Program-made: the position numbers and the translations under genes
The notes under the pieces: generated by a model
Database searches by the model: none
Told to the model about the DNA's origin: nothing
What the model saw: only the letters and a program-made list of their open reading frames with translations
Assembly: GCA_051252135.1 (NCBI GenBank)
Contig: JBPOGH010000006.1
Span: forward strand, 184,953-248,952
Length of the DNA stretch: 64,000 nucleotides
Direction of reading: 5' to 3'
DNA from: Verrucomicrobiaceae bacterium
Lineage (GTDB): Bacteria; Verrucomicrobiota; Verrucomicrobiia; Verrucomicrobiales; Akkermansiaceae
Shown here: one piece after another, positions 48,470 to 58,121 of the stretch
Layout: every line of letters starts with the position of its first letter
Position numbering within the stretch: the stretch's first letter is position 1

Positions 48470-50812
48470 TTATTTCAAGATGACGACCCAATCCATCTTG
48501 GGTTCGGAGGGGGGAGGTCCGATTTTGGATTTCTGGCCGGTTTGGACCTTTCCGCCATCGGTGTATGTGCCGGTGCGGGGGTTGAACCAGCGGGCGGTGA
48601 GGTCGCCGTCTGCGTCAGAGAGGTCGAGGGTGATGGTGCCTCCGGTCTTGAGGACGGTGAGGTAGGGGCCACCTTTGGCGGCGAAGACGTAGGCGTCTCC
48701 TTCGGCGAGATGGTCGGCATTGGCCATCTTGAGGAGGGGGAGTTTTTCGTTTTCGAAGAACCGGAGGGCGTGGTTGCACTGATCCCAGAAGAGGTCACGG
48801 CTGCGCCAGTCCTGGCAGGTGAGATCGCTGTGGGGGTGCTTGTAGCCAAAATACCACTCGAGTCCGTATCCGCCGGCGGTGTAGCAGCCCCAGAGGCCGT
48901 TGACGCGGGCGTTGCGGTGGCCGGGGTCTTCCTGATCGGTGATGAGGGCGTGGGAGGCATCTCCGGGTTCATCGCAGGCGACGGCCCATTTTTTACCGGC
49001 CTTGGCGGAGCGGTTGATGTATTCGAGGGTCTGGCTGTGGACGCGTGAGAAGTCCGGCTTGTTGGTCTGGAGGGAGAAGCCGGTGAGGGCGAAGTCAGGG
49101 CCGAGGAGGTCGTAGTGGGGGTAGCCCATGTTATGAATCACGATGTGATTTTTGTAGGGGTCGTTATCGTGGAGATATTTGGCCCAGGAGGCTTTTTGTT
49201 CGGTGGTGGCCTGGTTGATTTCCTCGCCGAGGTTCCAGTTGAGGGCGGGGTGGTGGGCGAAGCGTGCGATGAGCTCGCGGTAGTAGAGTTTGCGCTGGGG
49301 GCCGAGGTTTCCTTTATCGAGGAGCATCTCGTTTTCAGTCTCCATGGTTTTGAAATGGAGGAACATGCCTTTGGCTGTGCCGTGGGAAAGGACGATCTCC
49401 CATTGGTCGAGGCGGGAGACGTCCATGTTGAGGCGGTCGTTGTAGGTGGTGTAGGGGAAGACGTTTCGGTCGTCGCCATTGATGTTCATGGTGAGGAAGG
49501 AGAAGGCGTTCATGCCTTTCGACGAGAGGTAGTTGATCGCTCCGATGAGGCCTTTTCCTTTTCCGTCCTGCCAGGTGGGGTCGCCATTTTTCCAGTCGTG
49601 GACGTGGGGTGCCCAGTTTTTGATGAGCTCGTCCTTCATGCCGTCGATTTTGAAGGTGCCGTCGAAGTCCTTGTAGGCGAAGATGTTCTCGGGGGCATCG
49701 GCGCCGCACTTGATGAAGAGCTCCTTGTTTCCGGCGAATTGGAGGTAGTGTTCGCCGATGTATTGGAGGCGGCCTTTGGAGCGCATGTCGGGAGCGACCT
49801 TGTTGGTGGCATCGACGGTGAAGCGACCGACCTGGCCATCGAAGTTTTCGAGCGGTGTGCCGGCGCCGTCATTGACCGCGGCTCCGTCGCCTTTGAGGAA
49901 GCTGACCTTGTAGTTCCAGACTCCGGTCTTGTCGGGAGCAAGGTGGGCGCGCCATTTGGTGCCGTGGTCGGCACCGGTGTTGGCGGCATCGCCATCGGCT
50001 GCGAAATAGCCGGGGACGGTGTGGGTGGGTTCGCCGGATTCATGGGTGAACTCGACGGTCATGCGGTAGTCGGTGAAGGGGTTGGGGGCGGTGTCGAGCT
50101 CGTGAGCGAAGGGGCCATCGAGGGTGAGGGTGACCTTGTGCCACTGAAGGAGTTCGCCGGTGAGTCGGACGGCGCCATCGCCATCCGGGAAGCGTTTGGC
50201 GGGGTCGCTGAAGTGCTTGGAGCGATCGATGGGTTTGGCGGGCGGCGGGGATTTCTTTTTGGGTTTGGGTGACTTGGTGGGAGGGTTCACGGCTGCGAGC
50301 CCGGCTTTACCCATGCCGACGGGAAGGAAGACGAGGCTGGCCCAGCGTCCGCGGCTGAATTCGGCGCCATCGGTTCCGATCTTGGCGGTGACGGAGATGG
50401 CGTCGCCCTTGGCGATTTGCACTTTTTCCCAGAGTGCGTTGAAGGGTTTTCCTTCTTCGAAGGTATCCGAGCTGACGGGGCAGGTGAAGCTGCCGATGGT
50501 TTCGTCATTTCGGGAAACGGAGTATTGGGATTGGCCGTCGTTCTCACCGACGGCGTGAAGGACGACATCGTAGGTGCCGGAAGGGAAGGGGAAGGGGGTG
50601 CGGGTTTCGGCCTGCTTGTGGGTGTTGGGGTTGATGGCTAGCCATTTTCGATCACGGTAGAAGCTGGTGCCTTCGATGGGGAAGTCGGTGGCCATCAAGA
50701 CGTGCGATTTCTTGGCTTGGGCGGGTGCCTCCTGAGCCGGAGAGAGGGAGGAGAGGAGGGCGCTTGAGGCGAAAAGCAGGGCGGTCCGAGAGGTGAATGA
50801 TTGAAAAGTCAT
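48470..50812 (-). CDS. Secreted DUF5060 family protein with TIM-barrel-like core and collagen-binding-like C-terminal domain (putative glycosidase)
   Basis: Signal peptide; PNPFTDYR..V.F.H..VPGYFAADG..WRAH..PD.TG.W.Y; WNLGEE; WFNPRTG...DWV. Confidence 0.72.
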   Translation of the reverse strand: MTFQSFTSRTALLFASSALLSSLSPAQEAPAQAKKSHVLMATDFPIEGTSFYRDRKWLAINPNTHKQAETRTPFPFPSGTYDVVLHAVGENDGQSQYSVSRNDETIGSFTCPVSSDTFEEGKPFNALWEKVQIAKGDAISVTAKIGTDGAEFSRGRWASLVFLPVGMGKAGLAAVNPPTKSPKPKKKSPPPAKPIDRSKHFSDPAKRFPDGDGAVRLTGELLQWHKVTLTLDGPFAHELDTAPNPFTDYRMTVEFTHESGEPTHTVPGYFAADGDAANTGADHGTKWRAHLAPDKTGVWNYKVSFLKGDGAAVNDGAGTPLENFDGQVGRFTVDATNKVAPDMRSKGRLQYIGEHYLQFAGNKELFIKCGADAPENIFAYKDFDGTFKIDGMKDELIKNWAPHVHDWKNGDPTWQDGKGKGLIGAINYLSSKGMNAFSFLTMNINGDDRNVFPYTTYNDRLNMDVSRLDQWEIVLSHGTAKGMFLHFKTMETENEMLLDKGNLGPQRKLYYRELIARFAHHPALNWNLGEEINQATTEQKASWAKYLHDNDPYKNHIVIHNMGYPHYDLLGPDFALTGFSLQTNKPDFSRVHSQTLEYINRSAKAGKKWAVACDEPGDASHALITDQEDPGHRNARVNGLWGCYTAGGYGLEWYFGYKHPHSDLTCQDWRSRDLFWDQCNHALRFFENEKLPLLKMANADHLAEGDAYVFAAKGGPYLTVLKTGGTITLDLSDADGDLTARWFNPRTGTYTDGGKVQTGQKSKIGPPPSEPKMDWVVILK

Positions 50813-50841
50813 TTTGAGATATCGTCGTTGTGTTAGCTACT

Positions 50842-50871
50842 ATTCACGGGAGGGGGAGAAACGTGCACAAA
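50842..50871 (-). promoter_or_regulatory. Putative ECF-dependent promoter for the DUF5060 gene
   Basis: TTTGTGCACG-N14-GTGAAT on the minus strand, ending about 30 bp before ATG 50812. Confidence 0.65.
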
Positions 50872-50934
50872 TTGGGGTGATGTTTTTTTTAGAAAGAGGA
50901 GAAAAGCGGAGGAAGGTGACATTTCTGAGAAAAG

Positions 50935-50964
50935 TTTGTGCACGGTTTGCCGGATTTGGTGAAT
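50935..50964 (+). promoter_or_regulatory. Putative ECF-dependent (autoregulatory) promoter for the sigma operon
   Basis: TTTGTGCACG-N14-GTGAAT on the plus strand, 48 bp before ATG 51013. Confidence 0.65.
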
Positions 50965-51012
50965 TGGGGGTGAACCGCGTGGTGAATTGAGCTGCGGGTA
51001 GAAAGATGCGAT

Positions 51013-51537
51013 ATGGCCGAGCCTGAACAATTTGACGTATTTCTAGGGATCACAGAGAACCGCTCGAAGATGATGGCGGTGATTGTGGCGATGGTGCGTG
51101 ATTTTGATTTGGCTGAGGATCTCTTCCAGCAGACGGTGCTGGAGATTCTGCAGGGGGCGGAGAAATTCGATGCGACGCGGGATTTTTTGCCTTGGGCATC
51201 CGGGGTGGCGCGGAATGTGGTGAGGCGGCATTGGCGGGCTTCGGAGCGTCAGCCGACGTCGGCGAGTCAGGACGTGCTCGATGCGCTATCGGAGTTGGCC
51301 GTTGAGGAGCAAGACGAAGATGTGTGGCAGGCGGAGCGGGCGGCCTTGCATCAATGTTTGGCAAAACTGCCGGAGCGGATGAGGCGGCTTTTTGTGTTGC
51401 GGTATGGAGACAATCACAAGGCGGGGAAGTTGGCTGAGTTGTCGGCTTTTCCGATTGGTTCGCTGCGGACCACCTTGGCGCGGCTGCGGATGAAGCTGCG
51501 TCATTGCATTAACACCGAGATTCAAGAATCCAACTAA
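51013..51537 (+). CDS. ECF sigma-70 factor (Rhodopirellula/Verrucomicrobium type)
   Basis: AEDLFQQT, FLPWASGVARN, CLAKLP, LARLRMKLRHCI. Confidence 0.88.
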   Translation: MAEPEQFDVFLGITENRSKMMAVIVAMVRDFDLAEDLFQQTVLEILQGAEKFDATRDFLPWASGVARNVVRRHWRASERQPTSASQDVLDALSELAVEEQDEDVWQAERAALHQCLAKLPERMRRLFVLRYGDNHKAGKLAELSAFPIGSLRTTLARLRMKLRHCINTEIQESN

Positions 51538-51545
51538 CTGACGCG

Positions 51546-52826
51546 ATGATCTTGGAACAGGAATTTGAAAAACTGCTGGCGGCCTACTTTGAGGAAGAAC
51601 TCGATGAATCCGGTTTGGTGAAATTGCGTGAGTCGATTGAGCAAGTGCCGGCACATCGTCGTCGTTTTCAGCGTGAGTTGCGACTGCACACCTTGATGCG
51701 GGAGTCGGCATTGGTGTTGAAAGAGAAGAGTGGGGATTCATCGATGGCCGGAGTGCGTCGGGTGGGATTTGGTTGGCGGAGGATTGCGGGGATTGCGGCG
51801 GCAGTGGTGCTGGGTGCGTTTCTTTCGCAGCTGGCGTGGAATCATTGGGGTGAGGGGGAGAGTGTGGGTCACTGTGTGCATGTGTCCGATAGTGACGAAT
51901 TGGTGCTGTGGCGGGATGGCAAGGAATTGCCGATGAGCAGGAATACGCGGCTGCAGGCGGGGGATCGGATTTCGACCGGCAATCAGGGGCAGGCTTCCCT
52001 GAGGCTGGAAGGGGTGGGGACGGTGAGCCTGAAGGTGCAGACCGAGATTGAGATTTTTGCTCCGAACGAGACAGCGGCGGTGATCATCAATCGCGGGTTG
52101 GTTTTGGTGGAGGCGGATAAGCGGGAGCCTGGAACTCCTCCGGTGATTTTCCGGACGCCGAAGGCTGAAGTGGAGGTGATGGGAACGGTCTTTGGGCTGG
52201 AAGTGAACTCGACGGCGACGCGGGTGAAGGTTCACGAGGGCTTGGTTCGTTATGCGGATCGAGCTTCGGAGGACGCGGTGGAAGTGGAAGCGGGGCAATA
52301 TTGTGTGAACGGGGAGGGCAAGCTGGAGGCGATGGATCAGGCGGGGTTGATGCCGGGGGCGCTGATGCCGGGTGAGCTTCGCCTGTTGCCGGTTGCGGAC
52401 GCGTGCTCCGATGCGGGTCGTTATTTGAATGATGCCTATCTCAAGGTGGAGAAGCCGCGGCGGTCGACTTACTTAAAATTTGAGGTGCCGGAGAGTGGCG
52501 AGATTTTGGGAGCGAGGCTGCGAATGACGCAGTCGGTCGATCCGGGAGAAGGGGAGCTCACGGTGTGGGAGGGGAGTCACGATGACTGGACGGAGGATGC
52601 GCTTTCCAAGGAGGTTGCGCCGAAGCCGGGTCGTAAGATTGCGACGCGGGAAGGATGGGTGGGTTTGGATCAGGTGATCGAGGTCGACGTTTCCTCCCTG
52701 GTGAAAGAGGCGGGGACTTACACCCTGGTGGTGACGCTGGAGAAGGCGGGGAACAAAGATATCTGGTTTGGCTCGAAGGAAAGCCCGACTCCCCCCGAAC
52801 TTATTATTTCGCGCAAGGCGCGATGA
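51546..52826 (+). CDS. FecR-type anti-sigma factor with C-terminal DNRLRE/CBM96-like domain
   Basis: N-terminal anti-sigma helices, one TM, TPKAEVEVMGTVF...VHEGLV FecR motif; PVADA...YLKF...ARLR...WTE...DVS...SKE...PELII. Confidence 0.8.
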   Translation: MILEQEFEKLLAAYFEEELDESGLVKLRESIEQVPAHRRRFQRELRLHTLMRESALVLKEKSGDSSMAGVRRVGFGWRRIAGIAAAVVLGAFLSQLAWNHWGEGESVGHCVHVSDSDELVLWRDGKELPMSRNTRLQAGDRISTGNQGQASLRLEGVGTVSLKVQTEIEIFAPNETAAVIINRGLVLVEADKREPGTPPVIFRTPKAEVEVMGTVFGLEVNSTATRVKVHEGLVRYADRASEDAVEVEAGQYCVNGEGKLEAMDQAGLMPGALMPGELRLLPVADACSDAGRYLNDAYLKVEKPRRSTYLKFEVPESGEILGARLRMTQSVDPGEGELTVWEGSHDDWTEDALSKEVAPKPGRKIATREGWVGLDQVIEVDVSSLVKEAGTYTLVVTLEKAGNKDIWFGSKESPTPPELIISRKAR

Positions 52827-52855
52827 CTTTTTGATTTTAACCTACTGAACATTTT

Positions 52856-54448
52856 ATGAAGACACTTCCATTGATGGCCCTTGCGGCCTTGAGTTTGATG
52901 ACTGCTGCGGTGCAGGCCGCGGTGAAGCCGGCCTACCAAACCGAAGAGTGGCCCGATGCGCCGAAGCTGATCTGGGCGAATCCCGGAACCGGCGGACAAC
53001 TGGCGGATGCCAAGAACTGGAAGACCGAGTCGGGGAAGCCGGCGGAATCGGCGCCTGACCGGAATACGGATATTGTGTTGCCGAAGTCAGACAAGATTTA
53101 CGATGTGAAGGGATCGCGGACGAACCAGGTTCGGCACGTGACGATTGAGAGTGGGGCGCGCTTTGGCGGAGGTCACCGGAACGAGGTGGAGATATGGGGA
53201 AACCTTGAAGTGAAGCCAGGAGGGCGCGTGCTTTACGTTTCGATCCGGGGAACGAAGCACACCTATGTGCATTTGATTGGCGCGGAATTTCCATCGCCTG
53301 AGAACGGGCAGACCTTAGCGCATCCATCGACACGGGTGGCGGCTGCGAAACAGTGTTCGAGCCAGATTTCGCACAAGTTTCAGATCGCAAAGGTGGGGAC
53401 GGCTTCGGTTGAGTTTTTGGGCAATGCGGCGATCAGTGACGAAGTGATGCTGCAGCGGGGCAAGCTCATTGTGAGCGGCGATTTCCGCTGGAGCGGGATC
53501 ACGGGGAAGGGTGCTTTGGAGATTTACGATGGAGGCATTTTGGAGATTCAGTCGGGCGGGCGAATTGCTCCGTTTGATTCGCGGAACAACAAGGCGGTCT
53601 TCAATATTAACGTTTACCGGAACGGCACGATTCAGGCGGGGTCGCCGGAGCGGCCGTTGACGAGTGATGCGTATATGTTCTTGGGTTTTGCGGAGAATGA
53701 TGTGCCGGGACGGACGGGGTTGTATGCCGCACTGGGATCGATGGTTCGGGTTTACTCGGCTGATCCGAAGAAGGCGCGGTTGGTGGTGAGTTCGATCACC
53801 TCGGTTCCCAATTTTTCGAATGGAAAAGGGCAGCTTCAGAGCAATCCCGATGAGAAGGCGAGTGGGAAGAAGGGGATCGCGATGCAGTTGGCGGGCGATG
53901 TCGATTTCGACAACACGGTTTTTGATTACGTGTCGGAGGAAGGGATCGGGCTTAGTGATCCGGAGCAGCGGAAGGAATGGAGCAATGTGAGCTTCGGGCC
54001 GAATTGTGCGGCAGCGGAGGGGAAGTTATTTTCCGAGCTGAAGGCGAATCCGAATTCCTACTACCATGCGCGGGGCGATATGAAGTCCGAGTTCGCGTTG
54101 ACGGTGACGGCGATGAAGTCGATGGACGAGTATTTGGCCGATGCCGATCCGTTCCAACTTCGGACGACTCCGGAGACGACGAAAATCAAGGAGCTTGGGA
54201 AGGGAAAGAACACGATCAGGACACCGGTCGCGGTGATTTTTAATGAGCCGGTGACGGTGACGGTAACCAGCAAGGTGCCGGGTGCGAAAATGCGCTACAG
54301 CACGAACGGGATGGAGCCGACCAAGGATTCTCCCGCTTATGAAGGACCGATTACGCTGACCAAGACGACGCGATTGATGGTGAAGGCCTACAAATTGGGG
54401 GTGGGATTCAGTCCGACCTTTACGACGACTTACGTCATCAAACCTTAG
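52856..54448 (+). CDS. Secreted beta-rich protein with G8-like segment and C-terminal Fn3-associated (CHB_HEX_C-like) domain
   Basis: Signal peptide; GTIQAGSPERPL; GAKMRYSTNGMEPTKDSPAYEGPITLTKTTRLMVKA. Confidence 0.65.
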   Translation: MKTLPLMALAALSLMTAAVQAAVKPAYQTEEWPDAPKLIWANPGTGGQLADAKNWKTESGKPAESAPDRNTDIVLPKSDKIYDVKGSRTNQVRHVTIESGARFGGGHRNEVEIWGNLEVKPGGRVLYVSIRGTKHTYVHLIGAEFPSPENGQTLAHPSTRVAAAKQCSSQISHKFQIAKVGTASVEFLGNAAISDEVMLQRGKLIVSGDFRWSGITGKGALEIYDGGILEIQSGGRIAPFDSRNNKAVFNINVYRNGTIQAGSPERPLTSDAYMFLGFAENDVPGRTGLYAALGSMVRVYSADPKKARLVVSSITSVPNFSNGKGQLQSNPDEKASGKKGIAMQLAGDVDFDNTVFDYVSEEGIGLSDPEQRKEWSNVSFGPNCAAAEGKLFSELKANPNSYYHARGDMKSEFALTVTAMKSMDEYLADADPFQLRTTPETTKIKELGKGKNTIRTPVAVIFNEPVTVTVTSKVPGAKMRYSTNGMEPTKDSPAYEGPITLTKTTRLMVKAYKLGVGFSPTFTTTYVIKP

Positions 54449-54459
54449 TTTTTTTAGAT

Positions 54460-56487
54460 ATGAAATTTCCGTTTCTTTTCCGTCGCTGCGGATGGGTCTC
54501 TGCGGCGCTGACGCTTTCTGTTCCGATGGCAATGGTGATGCCTGCCGAGGCTGTCATTAATGCCGGGCTGCAACCTTATGATCTTTTTCAGACCCGCTAC
54601 AGTCGGGTGCTGGCGCTTGAAGTGCTGGAGATCGATACTGCTACGTCGACGCTCAACTGCAAGGTGGTGAAGACGATCAAGGGGAAGGCCGAGGCCAGCT
54701 CCGAGATATCGCTTCAGTTTGATGCCGAAATGAGCGGAGTGCTGGAGGGGGCGGTGTCGGATGGTGATATCAAGGTGGGAGATCCGATTGCGGTCTTTGC
54801 GGGGCGCAAGCGGGCGACGAAGGATTTGATGCTCTATGCCAACTCATTTTATCTGGGGAAGGTGCAGGAGCCCGGAGTTTGGAAGATTGATCGGACGGGT
54901 CAGGGTGCCGCGGGAGTGGACGGGAAGCAGATCAACACCTTGGCGGGAACCTGGAATGGAGCGACGCCGCGCTTGGTCGAGATGCTTGAAGATATCGCGG
55001 CGGGGCGGGATCATTTTCCCCGCAAGGCCTACGTGCGTTTCAAGGAAGACATTTTGTTAGACAAGCTTGATGCCCCGGTGGGTGCAGTGGCGGTGTTTGA
55101 TATCGAGGGGGACGGCGATGAAGACATCGTGGCGTGTTCGGCAGAGGGTGATCGTGTTTACCTTCAGACCGATCCGATGGTTTTTGTGAATGCGACGAGC
55201 AATCTGGGGCTGGAGTCGAAGAGCGGGAGTTGTGCGCTAGCGGACACCAACGCGGATGGCTTGAACGACTTGCTGGCTGGTGCGGTGCTTTATCTGGGGC
55301 AGTTTCAGGAGAATCGATTCAGCTTCAAGAAGACCGATTTTCTTCCGGAGTCCCTGGCTGAGAATCTCAAGACGGCGACCTTTGCCGATCTGAATGGCGA
55401 TGGATTTCCCGATGTTTTGGCGAGTGTGACGGGTGGAGGGCTGAAGGCTTTTCGGAATCCGGGAGCGGCGGGTGGTGCGTTTGTTGAGGTGACCAAGGAA
55501 CTTGGACTTGATCGTTCCGAATGTGGTGCGGGAGCAGATGGATTTGTCACGCCGGGCGACTGGAACGGTGATGGTCGGATTGATCTTTTCCTGGCGACGG
55601 GAAAGGGGATTTTGTTGCTTCAGGATGAGAAGGGGGTCTTTTCGCCGAAGGATCATGGCGTTGAGTTTAAATTCACGGTCGGGGCGGAGGATGAGACGGG
55701 ACTCACGGGAGCAGGGGTTTTCATGCCGGTGATTCAGCAGGACCATCTTGATCTGGTGGTGCCGATGGAAGAGAGCTGGCTGGTGATTGCGAATCAGGAT
55801 GGTGAGCTTGAGGATATCACGCGCTGGGGGAATGAAATCAGCGAGGGATCGAACAATCACCTGTCGACGATTGGAGAGGATTTGAATCTCGATGGTCACA
55901 TGGACTTTTTCACGGTGAGTCGGGCGGAGAACGGGCACAACCGTTTCATCATTAACCGGGGTTACGGGTCGTTTATGTTGGCTCCGACGCACAAGCACTA
56001 CGAGCACGTCTTTAAGGGACCCTCCAGTGAGCGAGGCGGGTGGTCATCGGCGAGTGGCGATTTGAATGATGACGGTGCCCCTGATCTGGTGGTGGGCAAT
56101 GGTCATGGTGAGGTGACGATTATTTTGAACGACACCCTGGAAGTGCGGAAGCCGATTGAGCATCCCCAGCGTGAGGTGGAGGTGTTGGAAAATACCCATC
56201 TTTTGCAAGTGCGAGTGATGGGATCGAAAGGGATTGTGAATGCGCGGTTGCGGTTGCTCGATGAATCCGGTCGGGTGATTGGTCGGCGTGATTTGGGGTC
56301 GAACGTTTCCGGTGGTTCCTGTGGGCCGAACCGGGTGACTTTTGCGGTGCGGCAGGCCGGAGTGTGCGAGCTGGAGGTTCGTTATTCGGACGGTCTGGTG
56401 CGCAAGCAGAAGGTGGACCTCAGCAAAGAGGCGAGAGTGGCGATCAATGTGGATCGCGGAGAAGAATCCGAATCAGACAAATGGTAA
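54460..56487 (+). CDS. Secreted FG-GAP/VCBS repeat beta-propeller protein
   Basis: Repeated DxxGDGxxDL motifs (DIEGDGDEDI, DTNADGLNDL, DLNGDGFPDV, DWNGDGRIDL, DLNLDGHMDF, DLNDDGAPDL). Confidence 0.85.
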   Translation: MKFPFLFRRCGWVSAALTLSVPMAMVMPAEAVINAGLQPYDLFQTRYSRVLALEVLEIDTATSTLNCKVVKTIKGKAEASSEISLQFDAEMSGVLEGAVSDGDIKVGDPIAVFAGRKRATKDLMLYANSFYLGKVQEPGVWKIDRTGQGAAGVDGKQINTLAGTWNGATPRLVEMLEDIAAGRDHFPRKAYVRFKEDILLDKLDAPVGAVAVFDIEGDGDEDIVACSAEGDRVYLQTDPMVFVNATSNLGLESKSGSCALADTNADGLNDLLAGAVLYLGQFQENRFSFKKTDFLPESLAENLKTATFADLNGDGFPDVLASVTGGGLKAFRNPGAAGGAFVEVTKELGLDRSECGAGADGFVTPGDWNGDGRIDLFLATGKGILLLQDEKGVFSPKDHGVEFKFTVGAEDETGLTGAGVFMPVIQQDHLDLVVPMEESWLVIANQDGELEDITRWGNEISEGSNNHLSTIGEDLNLDGHMDFFTVSRAENGHNRFIINRGYGSFMLAPTHKHYEHVFKGPSSERGGWSSASGDLNDDGAPDLVVGNGHGEVTIILNDTLEVRKPIEHPQREVEVLENTHLLQVRVMGSKGIVNARLRLLDESGRVIGRRDLGSNVSGGSCGPNRVTFAVRQAGVCELEVRYSDGLVRKQKVDLSKEARVAINVDRGEESESDKW

Positions 56488-58121
56488 TATTTGAATATGT
56501 AGCCCCGTTGGGAGTCGTTCCCATCGTCGTGAATGCCGGCGCAGCCCTTCTTCCCGCGATGTTGGCGGGGGCGGCTTCGTTTGTGGCCTTGCTTTTTAAA
56601 CCCCGTGAAATGATCCGTGCCTGCAAGGACCGACCGGGTCGGTTTTTTGGAGTGGTGGGAGCGATTGCGGCGATCACGGCGGTGATTTGGTTTTGGCCAA
56701 GTCCGGCACCTGAAGGTGGTGAGCGTTCTGCGAGAGCCCGCGTGGGGAACACGACGGCAGCTTCCGATGGCGGCGTGACGGTCGACTGGACGCGAGTGGC
56801 CTTGGCCCGGATTGCGGCGGACCGATTGGGGCCGCAGCAGGCGGTTGCGGAAGCGGTGGCGACGCCGGTGGGGACGGAGCCCTTTATCCTCTGTGGTGGG
56901 CCCAAGAGATTGGGGAGTGTGGACGGGAAGATTGACGGGGCGCTGCAGTTGGCGTGGAGTTATTATCCGCGATGGAATGATGACGGGGTGGAGCAGGAAG
57001 ATCGTGAAGCGATGGTTCTTTCCAGTCCGGCGGTGTGGGGTGATCGGGTTTTTGGGGCGTCCTGCACACTGGACCCTCCGGAGAGTTTTGGGGCGGTGTT
57101 CTGTTTGGACGCGGCGACGGGTCGTCAGATTTGGACGATTGATCAGGCGGACGACGAACCTTTTAAAGGGTTCTTCAGTTCTCCGGCGATCAGTGGGGAC
57201 GGGAAGTATCTTCTCATCGGCCAGGGGCTTCACCCGGACAGCAATTGTCGGCTTATTTGTATCGAGACGGCGACGGGCAGGGTGCATTGGACCCATGAGG
57301 TGTCCTTGCACATTGAGAGCTCGCCGTGCATTGATGGTGACATTGTTTATGTGGGCGCGGGAGCGATTGAAGATCCCGAGACCCATCAGCCGATCAGTCA
57401 TTCGGGATTCGTGATGGCGGTGAGGATCAGCGATGGGAAAGAGCTTTGGCGGGTGGATGTGAATGATCCGGAAAGCTCGCCGGTGTTCAAGGATGGCATT
57501 CTTTACATCGGAAGCGGTTTCAATGGAAAAGCGGTGGTGGCCTTGAAGGTGCCGCCGAATGGAGAAGGGGAGCCCGAGAGAATTTGGTCGGCACCATCGT
57601 CCCACCCGGTGACGGGAGCAGTGACGATGGGTGACGGGGTGGTGTTTGCGGGAGGAGGAAATGGTGACTTTGTTTTCCGTGACCCGAATCCGGCCGGGAT
57701 GGTGAAAGCGATCAAGGTGGATGATGGAAGTGAGCTGTGGAGTGCGGAGTTGCCTGATGCGGTTCTCGGTGCGGTGGCGGCGTCATCGCGTTTGATCTGT
57801 CCGGTGGCGAGCGGTGAAGTGATCGCTCTTGATCTGAAAACCGGGGAGCCGGTTTGGAGAAGCAAGGTGAGCGGGAAGGCTCCTGTTCTTGCGGCGACGG
57901 CGGTGACGGAGACGGAGGTTTTTGCGGTGAGTCAGAATGGTTATTTGGGTCGAATGAATCTGGAAACGGGTGAATCGATTGAGCGAATCTACATCAATGC
58001 CGAGGATAAGCCTGGCGAGCAGGGATTGAGCATCAGCTCGCCTCTGGTTGTGGGTGGTCGTTTGTTTGTGGGGAGTGAGACGGGCGGGTTTCGCTGTTAC
58101 ATCGGAGGTGGAAAACAATGA
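56481..58121 (+). CDS. Membrane-anchored PQQ-like (BamB-type) beta-propeller repeat protein
   Basis: Start set at ATG 56481, overlapping the upstream stop; two N-terminal hydrophobic segments; repeated SSP...CLD..TG...W motifs. Confidence 0.8.
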   Translation: MVIFEYVAPLGVVPIVVNAGAALLPAMLAGAASFVALLFKPREMIRACKDRPGRFFGVVGAIAAITAVIWFWPSPAPEGGERSARARVGNTTAASDGGVTVDWTRVALARIAADRLGPQQAVAEAVATPVGTEPFILCGGPKRLGSVDGKIDGALQLAWSYYPRWNDDGVEQEDREAMVLSSPAVWGDRVFGASCTLDPPESFGAVFCLDAATGRQIWTIDQADDEPFKGFFSSPAISGDGKYLLIGQGLHPDSNCRLICIETATGRVHWTHEVSLHIESSPCIDGDIVYVGAGAIEDPETHQPISHSGFVMAVRISDGKELWRVDVNDPESSPVFKDGILYIGSGFNGKAVVALKVPPNGEGEPERIWSAPSSHPVTGAVTMGDGVVFAGGGNGDFVFRDPNPAGMVKAIKVDDGSELWSAELPDAVLGAVAASSRLICPVASGEVIALDLKTGEPVWRSKVSGKAPVLAATAVTETEVFAVSQNGYLGRMNLETGESIERIYINAEDKPGEQGLSISSPLVVGGRLFVGSETGGFRCYIGGGKQ

